In this document: positions 48,511 to 59,513 of the stretch, one piece after another
Layout of the letters: each line of letters starts with the position of its first letter
Numbering within the stretch: the stretch's first letter is position 1
DNA from: Candidatus Poribacteria bacterium
Lineage (GTDB): Bacteria > Poribacteria > WGA-4E > PCPOR2b
NCBI GenBank assembly: GCA_965208675.1
Contig: OZ242351.1
Coordinates: 4,512,001-4,576,000, forward strand
DNA length: 64,000 nucleotides
Direction of reading: 5' to 3'
Made by a program: the position numbers and the translations under genes
The notes under the pieces: generated by a model
What the model was told of the DNA's origin: nothing
The model's input: the letters and a program-made list of their open reading frames with translations, nothing else
The model's database searches: none

Positions 48511-49134
48511 ATGAGCGATACGCAACGCCACAAATCTCTACTACTATTTGGCGCACCCGGCGTAGGCAAAGGCACGCAAGGGAAGATGCTTGGATCCATG
48601 CCGGGATTTTTCCATGTCTCGAGCGGCGATATATTTCGTGCGCTTGACGCAAATTCCAGGCTTGGCAAACTTTTTCATGAATACTCATCGCGCGGCGAAC
48701 TTGTTCCGGATGATATTACGATACAAATCTGTACAGCGTACATCTCCGGCCTAACTCCCGAAAACGGCTATGAATCCGGCACAAGTTTGCTTATCCTTGA
48801 CGGTCTCCCGCGGAATGTCAATCAAGCACGCCTGATGGCTGAGCACGTCGACGTGCTCAAAATCGTCCACCTCGTGTGCGAAGACTTGGAAACGCTCATC
48901 GAACGGCTTCGCGGCCGTGCCATCAAAGAGAACCGAACCGACGACGCGCAGGAATCGGTTATCCGACGGAGATGGGAAGTTTATCGAGAGGAGACATCGC
49001 CGCTGCTCGAACATTATCCGGAGTCAATTATCGCTAACGTGAACGGCATCGGCAGCCCCGCCGAAGTCTTGCATAGGATACTTGAAATCCTGATTCCCCT
49101 GCAGAACCGCCACCTCGACAACCCGCTCATATAA
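48511..49134 (+). CDS. adk: Adenylate kinase, short type (minimal LID)
   Basis: GAPGVGKGTQ, HVSSGDIFR, GELVPD, LDGLPRN and RTDD. Confidence 0.9.
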   Translation: MSDTQRHKSLLLFGAPGVGKGTQGKMLGSMPGFFHVSSGDIFRALDANSRLGKLFHEYSSRGELVPDDITIQICTAYISGLTPENGYESGTSLLILDGLPRNVNQARLMAEHVDVLKIVHLVCEDLETLIERLRGRAIKENRTDDAQESVIRRRWEVYREETSPLLEHYPESIIANVNGIGSPAEVLHRILEILIPLQNRHLDNPLI

Positions 49135-49284
49135 CTGCGGACGCTTGGCAGTTAGCTGAATATGCTTTATCAGATAAACCAAAAATGCCCTTAAGGCGTC
49201 TTTTGCATAAGAGTTTCACGGTCACTCAAAAGGGGAATACCGCCCGCGAACGACAATTCTGAATGATTCTACGGAGACATTGTT

Positions 49285-50337
49285 GTGATTGAAGTTGATA
49301 ATCTCACGAAAAATTACGGTACCACAGAAGCTTTGAGGGGCGTTTCCTTTAAGGTAGATAAAGGCGAAGTGGTAGGCTTCCTCGGCCCAAACGGCGCGGG
49401 CAAAACAACGGCAATGCGCATATTGACCTGTTTCATGCCCGCGAGCGGCGGGAGTGCCGCGGTTGCGGGGCACGATGTCTTCAAGGAATCCCTCGAAGTC
49501 CGCAAACACATCGGCTATCTTCCCGAGAGTGTGCCGTTGTACCCGGAGATGACTGTCACGGGGTATCTCAAATTCGTCGCTAAAATCAAAGGGACGCCCC
49601 GCGGGGTACGCGCGGAGCGGTTGAACCTAGCCATTGACGCCTGCGGATTGAGCGACCGCCGCAACCAGATAGTCGGTCATCTGTCCAAAGGGTTTCGGCA
49701 ACGCGTCGGATTAGCCCAAGCGCTTATCCATGATCCGGATGTCCTAATACTTGATGAACCCACGTCGGGGCTGGACCCGCGCCAAATTGTCGAGATTCGC
49801 GAACTCATCAAAAACTTGGGCAAGGAGCGCACAATCATCCTCAGCACACACATACTGCCGGAAGCAAGCATGACCTGCGAACGGTTGATTGTAATCAATG
49901 AAGGGCGGATTACCGGGAATGTAAAGCTGGCGGAAGGACGCGCCGTCTCGGTTGAGGCGGGTGAGGGCGAGAACAACCAACTAGGCGGTGAGAATGAAAT
50001 TTATCTTGAAGTGGCAGCGCCGGCTGGCGCCATTCACCCGGCGTTAAGCGAAATTCCGGAGGTCAACCGAGTTGAAAGCCGGGGTTTGAGTCCGGGAAAC
50101 AACCCGACTTTCCATGTCGGTTGCGATGCCGACGTTGATATTCGCGCGCAATTATCATCGCGAATTATACAAAACGGTTGGGGGCTGCTTGAAATGCGTT
50201 CGGTAGAAATGACGCTTGAAGAACTCTTCCTGAAATTGACGACGCAAGCGGACAAGAGGTCCTACGAAGAGGGAAATAATTTTCCGGACTCCGACGTGGA
50301 GGCGGTAAGCGGCCCGACCGCCGATCAGCCTGAATGA
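49285..50337 (+). CDS. ABC-2 type exporter ATP-binding protein (GldA-like)
   Basis: GFLGPNGAGKTT, LSKGFRQRVGLAQA, LDEPTSGLDP and STHIL. Confidence 0.9.
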   Translation: MIEVDNLTKNYGTTEALRGVSFKVDKGEVVGFLGPNGAGKTTAMRILTCFMPASGGSAAVAGHDVFKESLEVRKHIGYLPESVPLYPEMTVTGYLKFVAKIKGTPRGVRAERLNLAIDACGLSDRRNQIVGHLSKGFRQRVGLAQALIHDPDVLILDEPTSGLDPRQIVEIRELIKNLGKERTIILSTHILPEASMTCERLIVINEGRITGNVKLAEGRAVSVEAGEGENNQLGGENEIYLEVAAPAGAIHPALSEIPEVNRVESRGLSPGNNPTFHVGCDADVDIRAQLSSRIIQNGWGLLEMRSVEMTLEELFLKLTTQADKRSYEEGNNFPDSDVEAVSGPTADQPE

Positions 50338-50350
50338 GCGCGTGAGTGCG

Positions 50351-50758
50351 CTAGGATTGCCTTGCAACCCTCAAGCGGTTTTCCGCTCTAGCTAGCGCGG
50401 CTTCGGCGCGCCGGCGGTTAATCCCCCGATCACGCGACTCCAGAAGTTCCTTGGCGCGCTGGCGCGAGGCTTCGGCGCGCTCAATGTCAATGTCGGACGC
50501 CCACTCTGCGGTGTCTGCCAACACGGTAACGCCGGTGCGCAGCACTTCAAAAACGCCTCCGCTCGTAGCAAGAGATTTCACCGCCTCGGATTCGCGGATT
50601 CGAATCTCTCCAGCCTCTAAGACCGTCAGAAAAGGAATGTGCCCCGAGAGTATCTCAAACAAGCCGAGTTCACCGGGGGCTCTCACGCTCGTAACTTCCC
50701 CTTCATAAATTAACTGCTGGGGCGTTCTGATTTCCAAGAGTAGTCGTTTTTCAAGCAT
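50351..50758 (-). CDS. atpC: ATP synthase F1 epsilon subunit
   Basis: TP...PGxxGxFxILxGH, SGGVFEV and a C-terminal helices RA..RL; last gene of the operon. Confidence 0.95.
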   Translation of the reverse strand: MLEKRLLLEIRTPQQLIYEGEVTSVRAPGELGLFEILSGHIPFLTVLEAGEIRIRESEAVKSLATSGGVFEVLRTGVTVLADTAEWASDIDIERAEASRQRAKELLESRDRGINRRRAEAALARAENRLRVARQS

Positions 50759-50772
50759 TTTTTTCGGGGTAG

Positions 50773-52206
<1,434 letters not shown>

Positions 52207-52389
52207 CTATTTTGCGAATGTTTTCAGTAAATGAGGCGATTCAATATGCTCGCCGGATTTTATCCGGAAATAAAAAGTCTCTTGGTCTGCTTTGGCGAAA
52301 ATGCGTTATACAGCGAACCTTCAAGGCTCCACGAATTGAGGTACGGTCTCCAAAACTCTCGTTTTGTGAAGCCGTGCCAATCTCAACGG

Positions 52390-53196
52390 CTACTCCTCGG
52401 CGTAGTCCAAACGCTGTGCGTACAGAAGCTGGGATGACCGGCTTGTGCGGTTCGGCAGTTCAATACTAACAGCCAGTGCCGCTTCGTTTTCCATGTACCT
52501 ATTGGCTTCCGCGATGCTATCGAACTCAAACTCAACTAACCGGTGAGGAGTTGCGCCGTGAATATTGTCGTATGAGGCTATCCGCTTAACCTCTTCGGGT
52601 TCTTGCAAACCGGGTGCAACAGTCGCAATCCAATCCAGATACGCCTCTTTTCCGCCAAGTGGGTAGTCGACTAAATAAACTAGTTTGACCGTCCGGGTTG
52701 GGTTTTCGTCCTTTGTATATTCCGCAGAGCGTTGCGCGAACACGTGCGTACTAACCTGGCTGCTGCGGTTTGGGAGATCCCGGAAAACCGCAGCCACATC
52801 AGGTCGGCGTAGATAAGTTGCCGCGTCCGATAAATTATCAAATTCAAACTCTACCAGCCGGTGCGGATTCTCGCCCCGCACATTATCGTAAGATGCGACT
52901 CGATTAAGCTCTTCGGGCGCCAGCAACGTCGGCGCGACTTCCGCTATCCAAGCGAGATACGCGGCTTTTCCGCCGACCGGATAGTCGACTAACCAGACTA
53001 CTTTCACCGGTAAGGTTTCCAGCTCAACCATGTCGGTGTCCATGGGCGGCATGATGTCGATCGGAGGCGTCGTGTCCGGCTCGTCATCCTTTGGGATCAT
53101 CACATCCATCATCATGTCTTGGGACAGATCGCAACCGGTCAAAGCAGCCACAGCCAAGACAGCAACAACTAAAATGCTCCTTATCTGAAATGTCAT
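52390..53196 (-). CDS. Lipoprotein with two tandem EthD/dimeric alpha-beta-barrel-like domains
   Basis: Lipobox LTG|C, Met/Asp/Pro-rich linker, then two ~105-aa repeats VDYPxGGKxAYLxWIAxVAP...ASYDN...PHRLVEFEFD...LPNRxS. The fold assignment is inference. Confidence 0.7.
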   Translation of the reverse strand: MTFQIRSILVVAVLAVAALTGCDLSQDMMMDVMIPKDDEPDTTPPIDIMPPMDTDMVELETLPVKVVWLVDYPVGGKAAYLAWIAEVAPTLLAPEELNRVASYDNVRGENPHRLVEFEFDNLSDAATYLRRPDVAAVFRDLPNRSSQVSTHVFAQRSAEYTKDENPTRTVKLVYLVDYPLGGKEAYLDWIATVAPGLQEPEEVKRIASYDNIHGATPHRLVEFEFDSIAEANRYMENEAALAVSIELPNRTSRSSQLLYAQRLDYAEE

Positions 53197-53354
53197 CAGT
53201 TTGCCTCCTTTGGTGTAACAAATTATGAACAGTTAAGTTTTGGCCGTCCGTTCACATCGGTTTCGTGAAACCGAATTTCCCTTTGCATCCTGATTCTGTT
53301 TACTGACGGTGTAAGGCACGTTTCACACCTGAACACACCGTGAAGTACCGGCGT

Positions 53355-53753
53355 TTACTCGTCGAAATGGTAGATGATTTGGTCGAAGCGGTCGCACGCG
53401 AATGAGAACACGAAAATCAACGGCTCGCCGCCGATGCACTGCACGGCGTGTTTCGCATTAGACGGGATATAGACCGCTGACCCGGGGCCTATATCCGCTT
53501 CGTGACCCTCGATTGTCATAATGCCGGTGCCGCTGGCTACGTAATACGTCTCCGCAGGCTCGTGGTGGTGAAGCGGAAGCCGTGTACCTGCCGGAAACTC
53601 CGCCACGCCCGTGACCAGCCCGCTGCTCGGTCCCAGTTCTCCGGAAACCAGAATTTTCCAGCGAATCTGGCTTTTGGCGGCAATGGCGGGATCATCCCAA
53701 CCCTCCCAAGCTAACTCTGCTTGATTGATGATTATGGGTTTCTGGCCGCTCAT
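53355..53753 (-). CDS. Cupin protein resembling DddK/DddW DMSP lyases
   Basis: RWKIL...SSGL..GVAEF...LHHHEPAETYY..SGTG...VYIPSNAKH...F..DRF...Y. Metal ligands HxHxxxE plus a distal H and the ExY tyrosine are present. Confidence 0.7.
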   Translation of the reverse strand: MSGQKPIIINQAELAWEGWDDPAIAAKSQIRWKILVSGELGPSSGLVTGVAEFPAGTRLPLHHHEPAETYYVASGTGIMTIEGHEADIGPGSAVYIPSNAKHAVQCIGGEPLIFVFSFACDRFDQIIYHFDE

Positions 53754-53800
53754 AGCTCTCTTGTATTTCCGGCATTGGTCAAGGTTGCCGCATCAGGATT

Positions 53801-54667
53801 TTAACCCTCGAGCGCCGCGGCGCCGCTCACAATCTCCGAAATCTCCGTAGTAATCTGCGTCTGGCGTGCCCGGTTCCGCTGTAGGACTAAATCGTCAATG
53901 AGTTCCTTGGCGTTTCGAGTGGCATTCTCCATCGCCGTCATCCGCGCCGCTTGCTCGGCGGCGTTGGAGTCCAAAAGCACCTTCCACATCTGCATGTTCA
54001 GATGTTTCGCCAGTACCGACTGAAATATTGCGTCTTGCCCCGGCTCATAGACATAATCGAGGAACAGGTCGTCGCCGGTCGGAATCTCGGGCGTAAGCGG
54101 CAGCAACTGCTCGACCAAGACAGTCTGTAGAATTGCAGATTTGAAATCGTTGTAGATGACCTCCACCTTATCGACCGTTTTATCCCTGTAAAGATGTTCA
54201 AACTCTGACACTATGGCGACCGCCGTCTCAAATGCGAGTTGCCGAAATATGTTCACGTATTCCGCGATCACATTATAATTCCGCCGCGCGAAATGGTCGC
54301 GCGTGCGCCTGCCGACGCAAATGACCGACACGTCCGCGCCCTGCGCTTCATAGTGAGCCCGCCGCTGTGTTGTTGTTCGGATGACGTTGCTGTTAAAGCT
54401 GCCGCACAGCCCGCGGTCCGCGGAAACGGAGATAAGGCACACCCGCTTGAGTTCGCGCGACTCCAACAGGGGATGGGTAGGATTTTCAATCTGCGAAATG
54501 AGGTGGCCCAATATAGTGTTGAATTTTTCCGCGAACGGGCGCGTCGCGAGGATATTTTCCTGTGCGCGCCGCAGCTTCGCCGCGGCGACCACTCGCATCG
54601 CATCCGTCACCTGTGCAATATTTTCGATACTTGCGATTCGGCGCCTAATTTCACGTAGTGTTGCCAT
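53801..54667 (-). CDS. atpG: ATP synthase F1 gamma subunit
   Basis: ADRGLCGSFN, EQAARMTAMENAT and RARQTQITTEISEIVSGA. Confidence 0.98.
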   Translation of the reverse strand: MATLREIRRRIASIENIAQVTDAMRVVAAAKLRRAQENILATRPFAEKFNTILGHLISQIENPTHPLLESRELKRVCLISVSADRGLCGSFNSNVIRTTTQRRAHYEAQGADVSVICVGRRTRDHFARRNYNVIAEYVNIFRQLAFETAVAIVSEFEHLYRDKTVDKVEVIYNDFKSAILQTVLVEQLLPLTPEIPTGDDLFLDYVYEPGQDAIFQSVLAKHLNMQMWKVLLDSNAAEQAARMTAMENATRNAKELIDDLVLQRNRARQTQITTEISEIVSGAAALEG

Positions 54668-54707
54668 GGTAAAACCTCAGATGAGTAATAGAGTAAGGCG
54701 TAATGAG

Positions 54708-56231
54708 TTACTGATCGCCAAACCCATCCTTAAAGCTTTTAGCCGCCTCATGCAGCTTCCCAATCAACTCATCACTGAGTTGCCCCGTGTCGGCAATTTC
54801 CGTTAGGACGTCCGCGTGATTTCTCTCCATGTATGCCAAGAATTCGGATTCAAACCGCGCCGCCAAATCTGTCTCAATGTCGTCTAGATACCCGTTCGAG
54901 CCGCAGAAAATAGAGGCAATCTGTTTCTCGACCGGCATCGGCTCGTATTGCGGCTGTTTCAGCAACTCAACCAACCGCTCACCGCGCCGAAGCTGGCCCT
55001 GGGTCGAAGTGTCCAAGTCGGAACCGAACTGCGCGAAGGCGGCAACTTCGCGGAAACTCGCCAAATCAAGTTTGAGCGTGCCCGCAACTTCGTCGGATTT
55101 CATCGCTTTGGTCTGGGCATCACCGCCGACGCGAGACACCGAGGTGCCGACATCGATCGCCGGTCGCACGCCTTGGTTGAAGAGTTCGGATGTCAAGTAA
55201 ATCTGCCCGTCAGTAATTGAAATCACATTTGTCGGGATGTAAGTCGTGAGGTCGCCCTCGAAAATCTCAATAATCGGCAACGAGGTTAAAGAACCCGCGC
55301 CCAAGTCGTCGCTGAGTTTGGCGGCGCGTTCCAACAGGCGGGAGTGCAGATAGAATACGTCGCCCGGATATGCTTCGCGCCCCGGCGGGCGGCGTGAGAG
55401 CAGCGACATTTGGCGGTATGCCCACGCATGTTTGGTCAAGTCGTCGTAAATGACAAGTGCGTGCTGCCCCTTGTCGCGGAAATATTCGCCCATCGAAGTG
55501 CCCGTATAGGGCGCAAGATATTGGAGCGGAGAAGGCTCGCTCGCCGGCGCGGAAACGACAATGGTGTAATCCATCGCGCCGTGCTCTTCAAGGATATCCA
55601 CGACCTGCGCAACCGTCGAACCCTTCTGTCCGATGGCTACATAGATGCAAAAGACGTCGGTATTTTTTTGGTTGATGATGGTGTCAATCGGGATAGCTGT
55701 TTTGCCCGTTTGACGGTCGCCGATAATTAGCTCGCGCTGTCCTCGGCCGATCGGCGTCATGCTGTCAATCGCCTTTAAACCGGTGTAAAGCGGCTCGTTC
55801 ACCGGCTGGCGTTGCACGATTCCCAGCCCTTTCCGCTCGACGGGGAGAGTCTGTTCGGTCTTAATCTCTCCTTTGCCGTCAATCGGTTGTCCAAGCGCGT
55901 TCACTGCGCGCCCAAGCAGCGCTTCGCCGACGGGCACTTCAAGTAGCCTGTTCGTCCGCTTGGCGATATCGCCTTCATGGATGAGCTTATCCTCGCCGAA
56001 GAGGACGCAGCCCACGTTGTCCTCTTCCAGGTTGAACGCCATGCCGAACACCTCGTTTGGGAACTCGACCATTTCGCTCGCCATGACATTGGCGAGCCCG
56101 TGCACGCGGGCGATACCGTCGCCGACATCCAACACCGTCCCGGAATCGTATACGTCGACCTGCTGGCTGTATTGCAGCAGTTGTTGCTTTAATATGTTTG
56201 AAACCTCATCGGGTCTAACTTCTCTTGCCAT
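54708..56231 (-). CDS. atpA: ATP synthase F1 alpha subunit
   Basis: [18 protein letters not shown] and [22 protein letters not shown]. Confidence 0.98.
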   Translation of the reverse strand: MAREVRPDEVSNILKQQLLQYSQQVDVYDSGTVLDVGDGIARVHGLANVMASEMVEFPNEVFGMAFNLEEDNVGCVLFGEDKLIHEGDIAKRTNRLLEVPVGEALLGRAVNALGQPIDGKGEIKTEQTLPVERKGLGIVQRQPVNEPLYTGLKAIDSMTPIGRGQRELIIGDRQTGKTAIPIDTIINQKNTDVFCIYVAIGQKGSTVAQVVDILEEHGAMDYTIVVSAPASEPSPLQYLAPYTGTSMGEYFRDKGQHALVIYDDLTKHAWAYRQMSLLSRRPPGREAYPGDVFYLHSRLLERAAKLSDDLGAGSLTSLPIIEIFEGDLTTYIPTNVISITDGQIYLTSELFNQGVRPAIDVGTSVSRVGGDAQTKAMKSDEVAGTLKLDLASFREVAAFAQFGSDLDTSTQGQLRRGERLVELLKQPQYEPMPVEKQIASIFCGSNGYLDDIETDLAARFESEFLAYMERNHADVLTEIADTGQLSDELIGKLHEAAKSFKDGFGDQ

Positions 56232-56246
56232 GAACTGTTTTCTCCC

Positions 56247-56789
56247 TTATCCCCTCGCAAGTAATGTTCTCATTCGCTGAAGCTGTGTGACAACGCTGCC
56301 GTCGAATACGGTGTCCCCCAACCGAACAACGGTACCGCCTCGGATATCCGCGTCTATGCCCAACTCGAGCCGCACCTCCGCCGCGCCCGAATATTCCATC
56401 AGCCGCTGCGTGAGGTCCGCCTGCTGCGCATCGTTTAGCGGCACCGCTGAAGTCACTTGGGCGACCACCCGCCCCGCTTTCCGATCCACTATCTCCAAAA
56501 ATGCCCTCAATATTGCTTCCAAGAACCGATCACGCTGTTTCGACGCAAGCAGCAGCAGGAAATTGAGCGTTAGCGGCGCTACCGTTGCGGATAATAGCTG
56601 CTGAAACATCTCGCCCTTGAACCGCGGGGATAGAATCGGGTTGCTCAAGAAGTTTTCGAAATCTTCCGATTCACCAGTCAACTCGATAAGCCGGTTGGCA
56701 TCCGCAACGATTCGGTCCAAGGCATCCTGCTCTATGGCTGCATCATACAGCGCTTGCGCGTAGGGTTTGGCAATGCGAATCTCTCTCAT
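56247..56789 (-). CDS. atpH: ATP synthase F1 delta subunit
   Basis: IAKPYAQAL...SAVPL...IRGGTVVRLGDTVFDGSV; operon position. Confidence 0.95.
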   Translation of the reverse strand: MREIRIAKPYAQALYDAAIEQDALDRIVADANRLIELTGESEDFENFLSNPILSPRFKGEMFQQLLSATVAPLTLNFLLLLASKQRDRFLEAILRAFLEIVDRKAGRVVAQVTSAVPLNDAQQADLTQRLMEYSGAAEVRLELGIDADIRGGTVVRLGDTVFDGSVVTQLQRMRTLLARG

Positions 56790-56820
56790 TGGATAGTTTC
56801 TTCAAATTGAATGCTTTAAA

Positions 56821-57420
56821 TTATTGTGTGTTCTGCGCCGGTAGGCGGCTGATTGACTCGTCAATAATATGCCGATGTTTCTCGGCGTCGAGCGTCTGAT
56901 CTATGATTTTGCCGGCGGCGTCGATAGCGATTTCTGCGACAGTCCCGCGCAATTCGAGAATGGCTTCCTCTTTTTCGCGCTGAATCGCGGCACGCGCCTT
57001 TTCGAGTTCCAATGCTGCGTCTTGGCGCGCTGCATCAAGTATGCGCTGCCGCTCCGCGTTCCCTTCGTCAATTGCCGCCTGAATCTTCGCCTGCCCCTCG
57101 GATTCAATCTCGCTGAGCCGCTGACGTGTTTCAGCGTTCAACCGGTCCAACTCGTGCTGCTCCGCCTCGAACTTCTCCATACGCGAGGTAATCTCCTGCT
57201 GGCGGTCATCCAATAGCCCGCCGATGCGGCCGAAGACGAATTTCCAAAGCACCAACAGAACAACCAGAAAACCGATTACTTGAAGGATTATTGTCTGCGG
57301 ATCGATTCCAATGGCGCCCAATAATCCGCCGCCGCCGCCGGCTTCCGCGGCAAATGCGAACGGAATCGCCGCTATAGTGAACGCACAGAACGCTAAGATT
57401 ATAACTGAAATTTTTTTCAT
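56821..57420 (-). CDS. atpF: ATP synthase Fo subunit b with N-terminal signal-peptide-like extension
   Basis: TM helix QVIGFLVVLLVLWKF followed by a long charged coiled coil; position between atpE and atpH. Confidence 0.92.
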   Translation of the reverse strand: MKKISVIILAFCAFTIAAIPFAFAAEAGGGGGLLGAIGIDPQTIILQVIGFLVVLLVLWKFVFGRIGGLLDDRQQEITSRMEKFEAEQHELDRLNAETRQRLSEIESEGQAKIQAAIDEGNAERQRILDAARQDAALELEKARAAIQREKEEAILELRGTVAEIAIDAAGKIIDQTLDAEKHRHIIDESISRLPAQNTQ

Positions 57421-57495
57421 AATGTTTCGCCGTCTCATTGTTGCTGAAACATAGTGCGCGACCGAAACGATCGCGCATTATGTTTCATGGCCCTT

Positions 57496-57825
57496 CTAGT
57501 GGCTGTGGTCTGCGTCGGGGTGTTCCTCGGACGACCCTACCTGCATTATCTTTTCAAGCGCGCTGACCTTTTCGCCTTCAGCCGGCGTTACGTCCGGCAG
57601 TTTTCCCATCAGCAAGAAAAAGATCAACAGCGAGTAGATGACCAGCGATTCGATGAGCGCCAAGCCGATAATCATCGCCGTCTGAATCCGAGGCGCCGCC
57701 TCGGGTTGACGCGCAATGCCTTCGAGAGCGGTGCTCGTCGCCTTTCCTTGTGCAGTTGATGCCGCGATCACGGCGATGGGCAGCCCAAGCGCCACCCCAA
57801 AAGCTAAAACCGCGAGATAAATCAT
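57496..57825 (-). CDS. atpE: ATP synthase Fo subunit c with C-terminal extension
   Basis: SD GGAGG before ATG 57825; hairpin with ARQPEA loop and essential Glu in LIESLVIY; 109 aa. Confidence 0.93.
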   Translation of the reverse strand: MIYLAVLAFGVALGLPIAVIAASTAQGKATSTALEGIARQPEAAPRIQTAMIIGLALIESLVIYSLLIFFLLMGKLPDVTPAEGEKVSALEKIMQVGSSEEHPDADHSH

Positions 57826-57912
57826 GAATGTTCCTCCTTTGAATTTTATGCCGAAATAGAGTTTTGAAACCGAAAAAACGATAATTTGCGGACGGCGTGA
57901 GCCGCCCATTGT

Positions 57913-58758
57913 TCAAGGATGCGCCTCCGCGCCGTGTGCATCATCATCGTGGGAAAGAAATGTCACGATGTAGATTGAGGTCAACATCGAGAAGACCAGT
58001 GCTTGCAGGAAGCCGCCAAACAACCCGAAAAACAGCATCGGCACCTGGATAGGAGCCCAAGGGATCATGCCCGCGATCGCCGGAATTGCAAGCCCCAACA
58101 GCGTCAAATTTATGACGACGGACTCCTCGCCGAAGATATTGCCGAAAAGCCGAATCGCCAAAGAGCCGGCGCGTGCGGTTTCGCCGATGATGTGCAGCGG
58201 AAACATCAATGGCCCCAACCACCACGGATCGCCGATGAAGTGCCGCAGATAGCCGACCAGCCCGTTCTCCTTAATCGCAATGATATGAACACCAATCAGC
58301 GCACTAATGCCGAGCGCGAGCGTCGTGTTCAAATCTGCCGTCGGAGCTTGAAAACCGGGTATGAGGCCGAGGTAGTTCAAAAACAGGATAAAGATGAAAT
58401 AAGAGCCGACAAACGGAACATATTTCTTTCCGTGGTCGCCCAAGATTCCGCCGAAGAAGTTTATTAACCCGCCGACGAACAGTTCCAGAAAAGTCTGTCC
58501 TTTACCTCGCGGGAGGCGCCTTAAATTCCGCGTGGCAACGATGAATAGGATTGCGATAAACAACACCACGAAATAGGCATTGGGAATGAGATCCGGCTGA
58601 TGCCATCGTTGGGGTTCCGGAACAACTTCGTTCGGCAGCAGTTTCGAGATAGGGCTTAACCAAGAACGGTGCGCATCTTCGCCCGCAAAGGCGGCGGGAA
58701 CCGCAGCCGTAGCGGAGATTAAGATTGTGAATAACAGCGTGAAAACCAATTTTTTCAT
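57913..58758 (-). CDS. atpB: ATP synthase Fo subunit a
   Basis: PTADLNTT, SLAIRLFGN (essential Arg) and LQALVFSMLTSIY. Confidence 0.96.
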   Translation of the reverse strand: MKKLVFTLLFTILISATAAVPAAFAGEDAHRSWLSPISKLLPNEVVPEPQRWHQPDLIPNAYFVVLFIAILFIVATRNLRRLPRGKGQTFLELFVGGLINFFGGILGDHGKKYVPFVGSYFIFILFLNYLGLIPGFQAPTADLNTTLALGISALIGVHIIAIKENGLVGYLRHFIGDPWWLGPLMFPLHIIGETARAGSLAIRLFGNIFGEESVVINLTLLGLAIPAIAGMIPWAPIQVPMLFFGLFGGFLQALVFSMLTSIYIVTFLSHDDDAHGAEAHP

Positions 58759-58771
58759 AGTGTATCGTTCG

Positions 58772-59188
58772 TTAACGCTTTGTTGCGCCGCCTCTGAACA
58801 GAATCCCCGCCATCAGCCCGAAGGCTTTGAGAATTATGACAACCTGCACAAGCCCGACACCTGCCGCGAGGGTGTAGATGTTCAACCAGTTCGCTTTCAT
58901 CAAGAAATAGAAGCCGCCGAAGATAACTGTAAATTTGCCGATCGCGATGAATCCAAGCCACCGCTTCGCTTTGGGCGAACTACCGGGTACTACCATACGG
59001 CGTACGACAAGTTCCAGCGCCAATACAGCGCCCAAACTGAACAGGCTGCCGATGGCAAAACTTAAGCCAGTCGGAAACCCGTATATTCCCCATAGCACCG
59101 CCGTCCCGAGCAACGCAAGTATGGTCGACCAGCGGTAAACCTGTTGGAGGAATCCATCGTCCACTTCAATCGGCCCACGGGGATTCAC
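58772..59188 (-). CDS. atpI: ATP synthase protein I (4-TM)
   Basis: Four hydrophobic helices, immediately upstream of atpB. Confidence 0.8.
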   Translation of the reverse strand: MNPRGPIEVDDGFLQQVYRWSTILALLGTAVLWGIYGFPTGLSFAIGSLFSLGAVLALELVVRRMVVPGSSPKAKRWLGFIAIGKFTVIFGGFYFLMKANWLNIYTLAAGVGLVQVVIILKAFGLMAGILFRGGATKR

Positions 59189-59189
59189 T

Positions 59190-59462
59190 TTACGAACCTT
59201 CCTCCGAATCCTCTACTTCTTTGCGCTCACTGCGCTCCATGCGTCTGTTCCAACGAGACACGGCTCGAAACATCTCAATAAAACCCGCCGCTGTGCCGAA
59301 TAAAAATCCGATAATCGATCCGGCGGTCGGGTTTCCCAGCTTCCCGCCAATCCACCTGCCGGCGAAAAACCCGATGACTATGGCGAGCGCGAGCGTTAAA
59401 CCGATGGTGCCCAAATCGCCCGCGCTGATCCAATCGCTGCCTCTCTTCTTGGACCAAAACAT
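59190..59462 (-). CDS. atpZ: AtpZ/AtpI-family (ATPase gene 1) 2-TM protein
   Basis: IGLTLALAIVIGFFAGRWIG...GFLFGTAAGFIEMFR; first atp gene. Confidence 0.8.
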   Translation of the reverse strand: MFWSKKRGSDWISAGDLGTIGLTLALAIVIGFFAGRWIGGKLGNPTAGSIIGFLFGTAAGFIEMFRAVSRWNRRMERSERKEVEDSEEGS

Positions 59463-59513
59463 CTTGAACTCGCCCGCCCCGTAAATTCAACCCCGGGGCT
59501 TAATGTATTTCGA

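Noticed and set aside
57496-57909. 137-aa N-terminally extended atpE
   Set aside because: A strong SD precedes ATG 57825 and the extension is not c-subunit-like.
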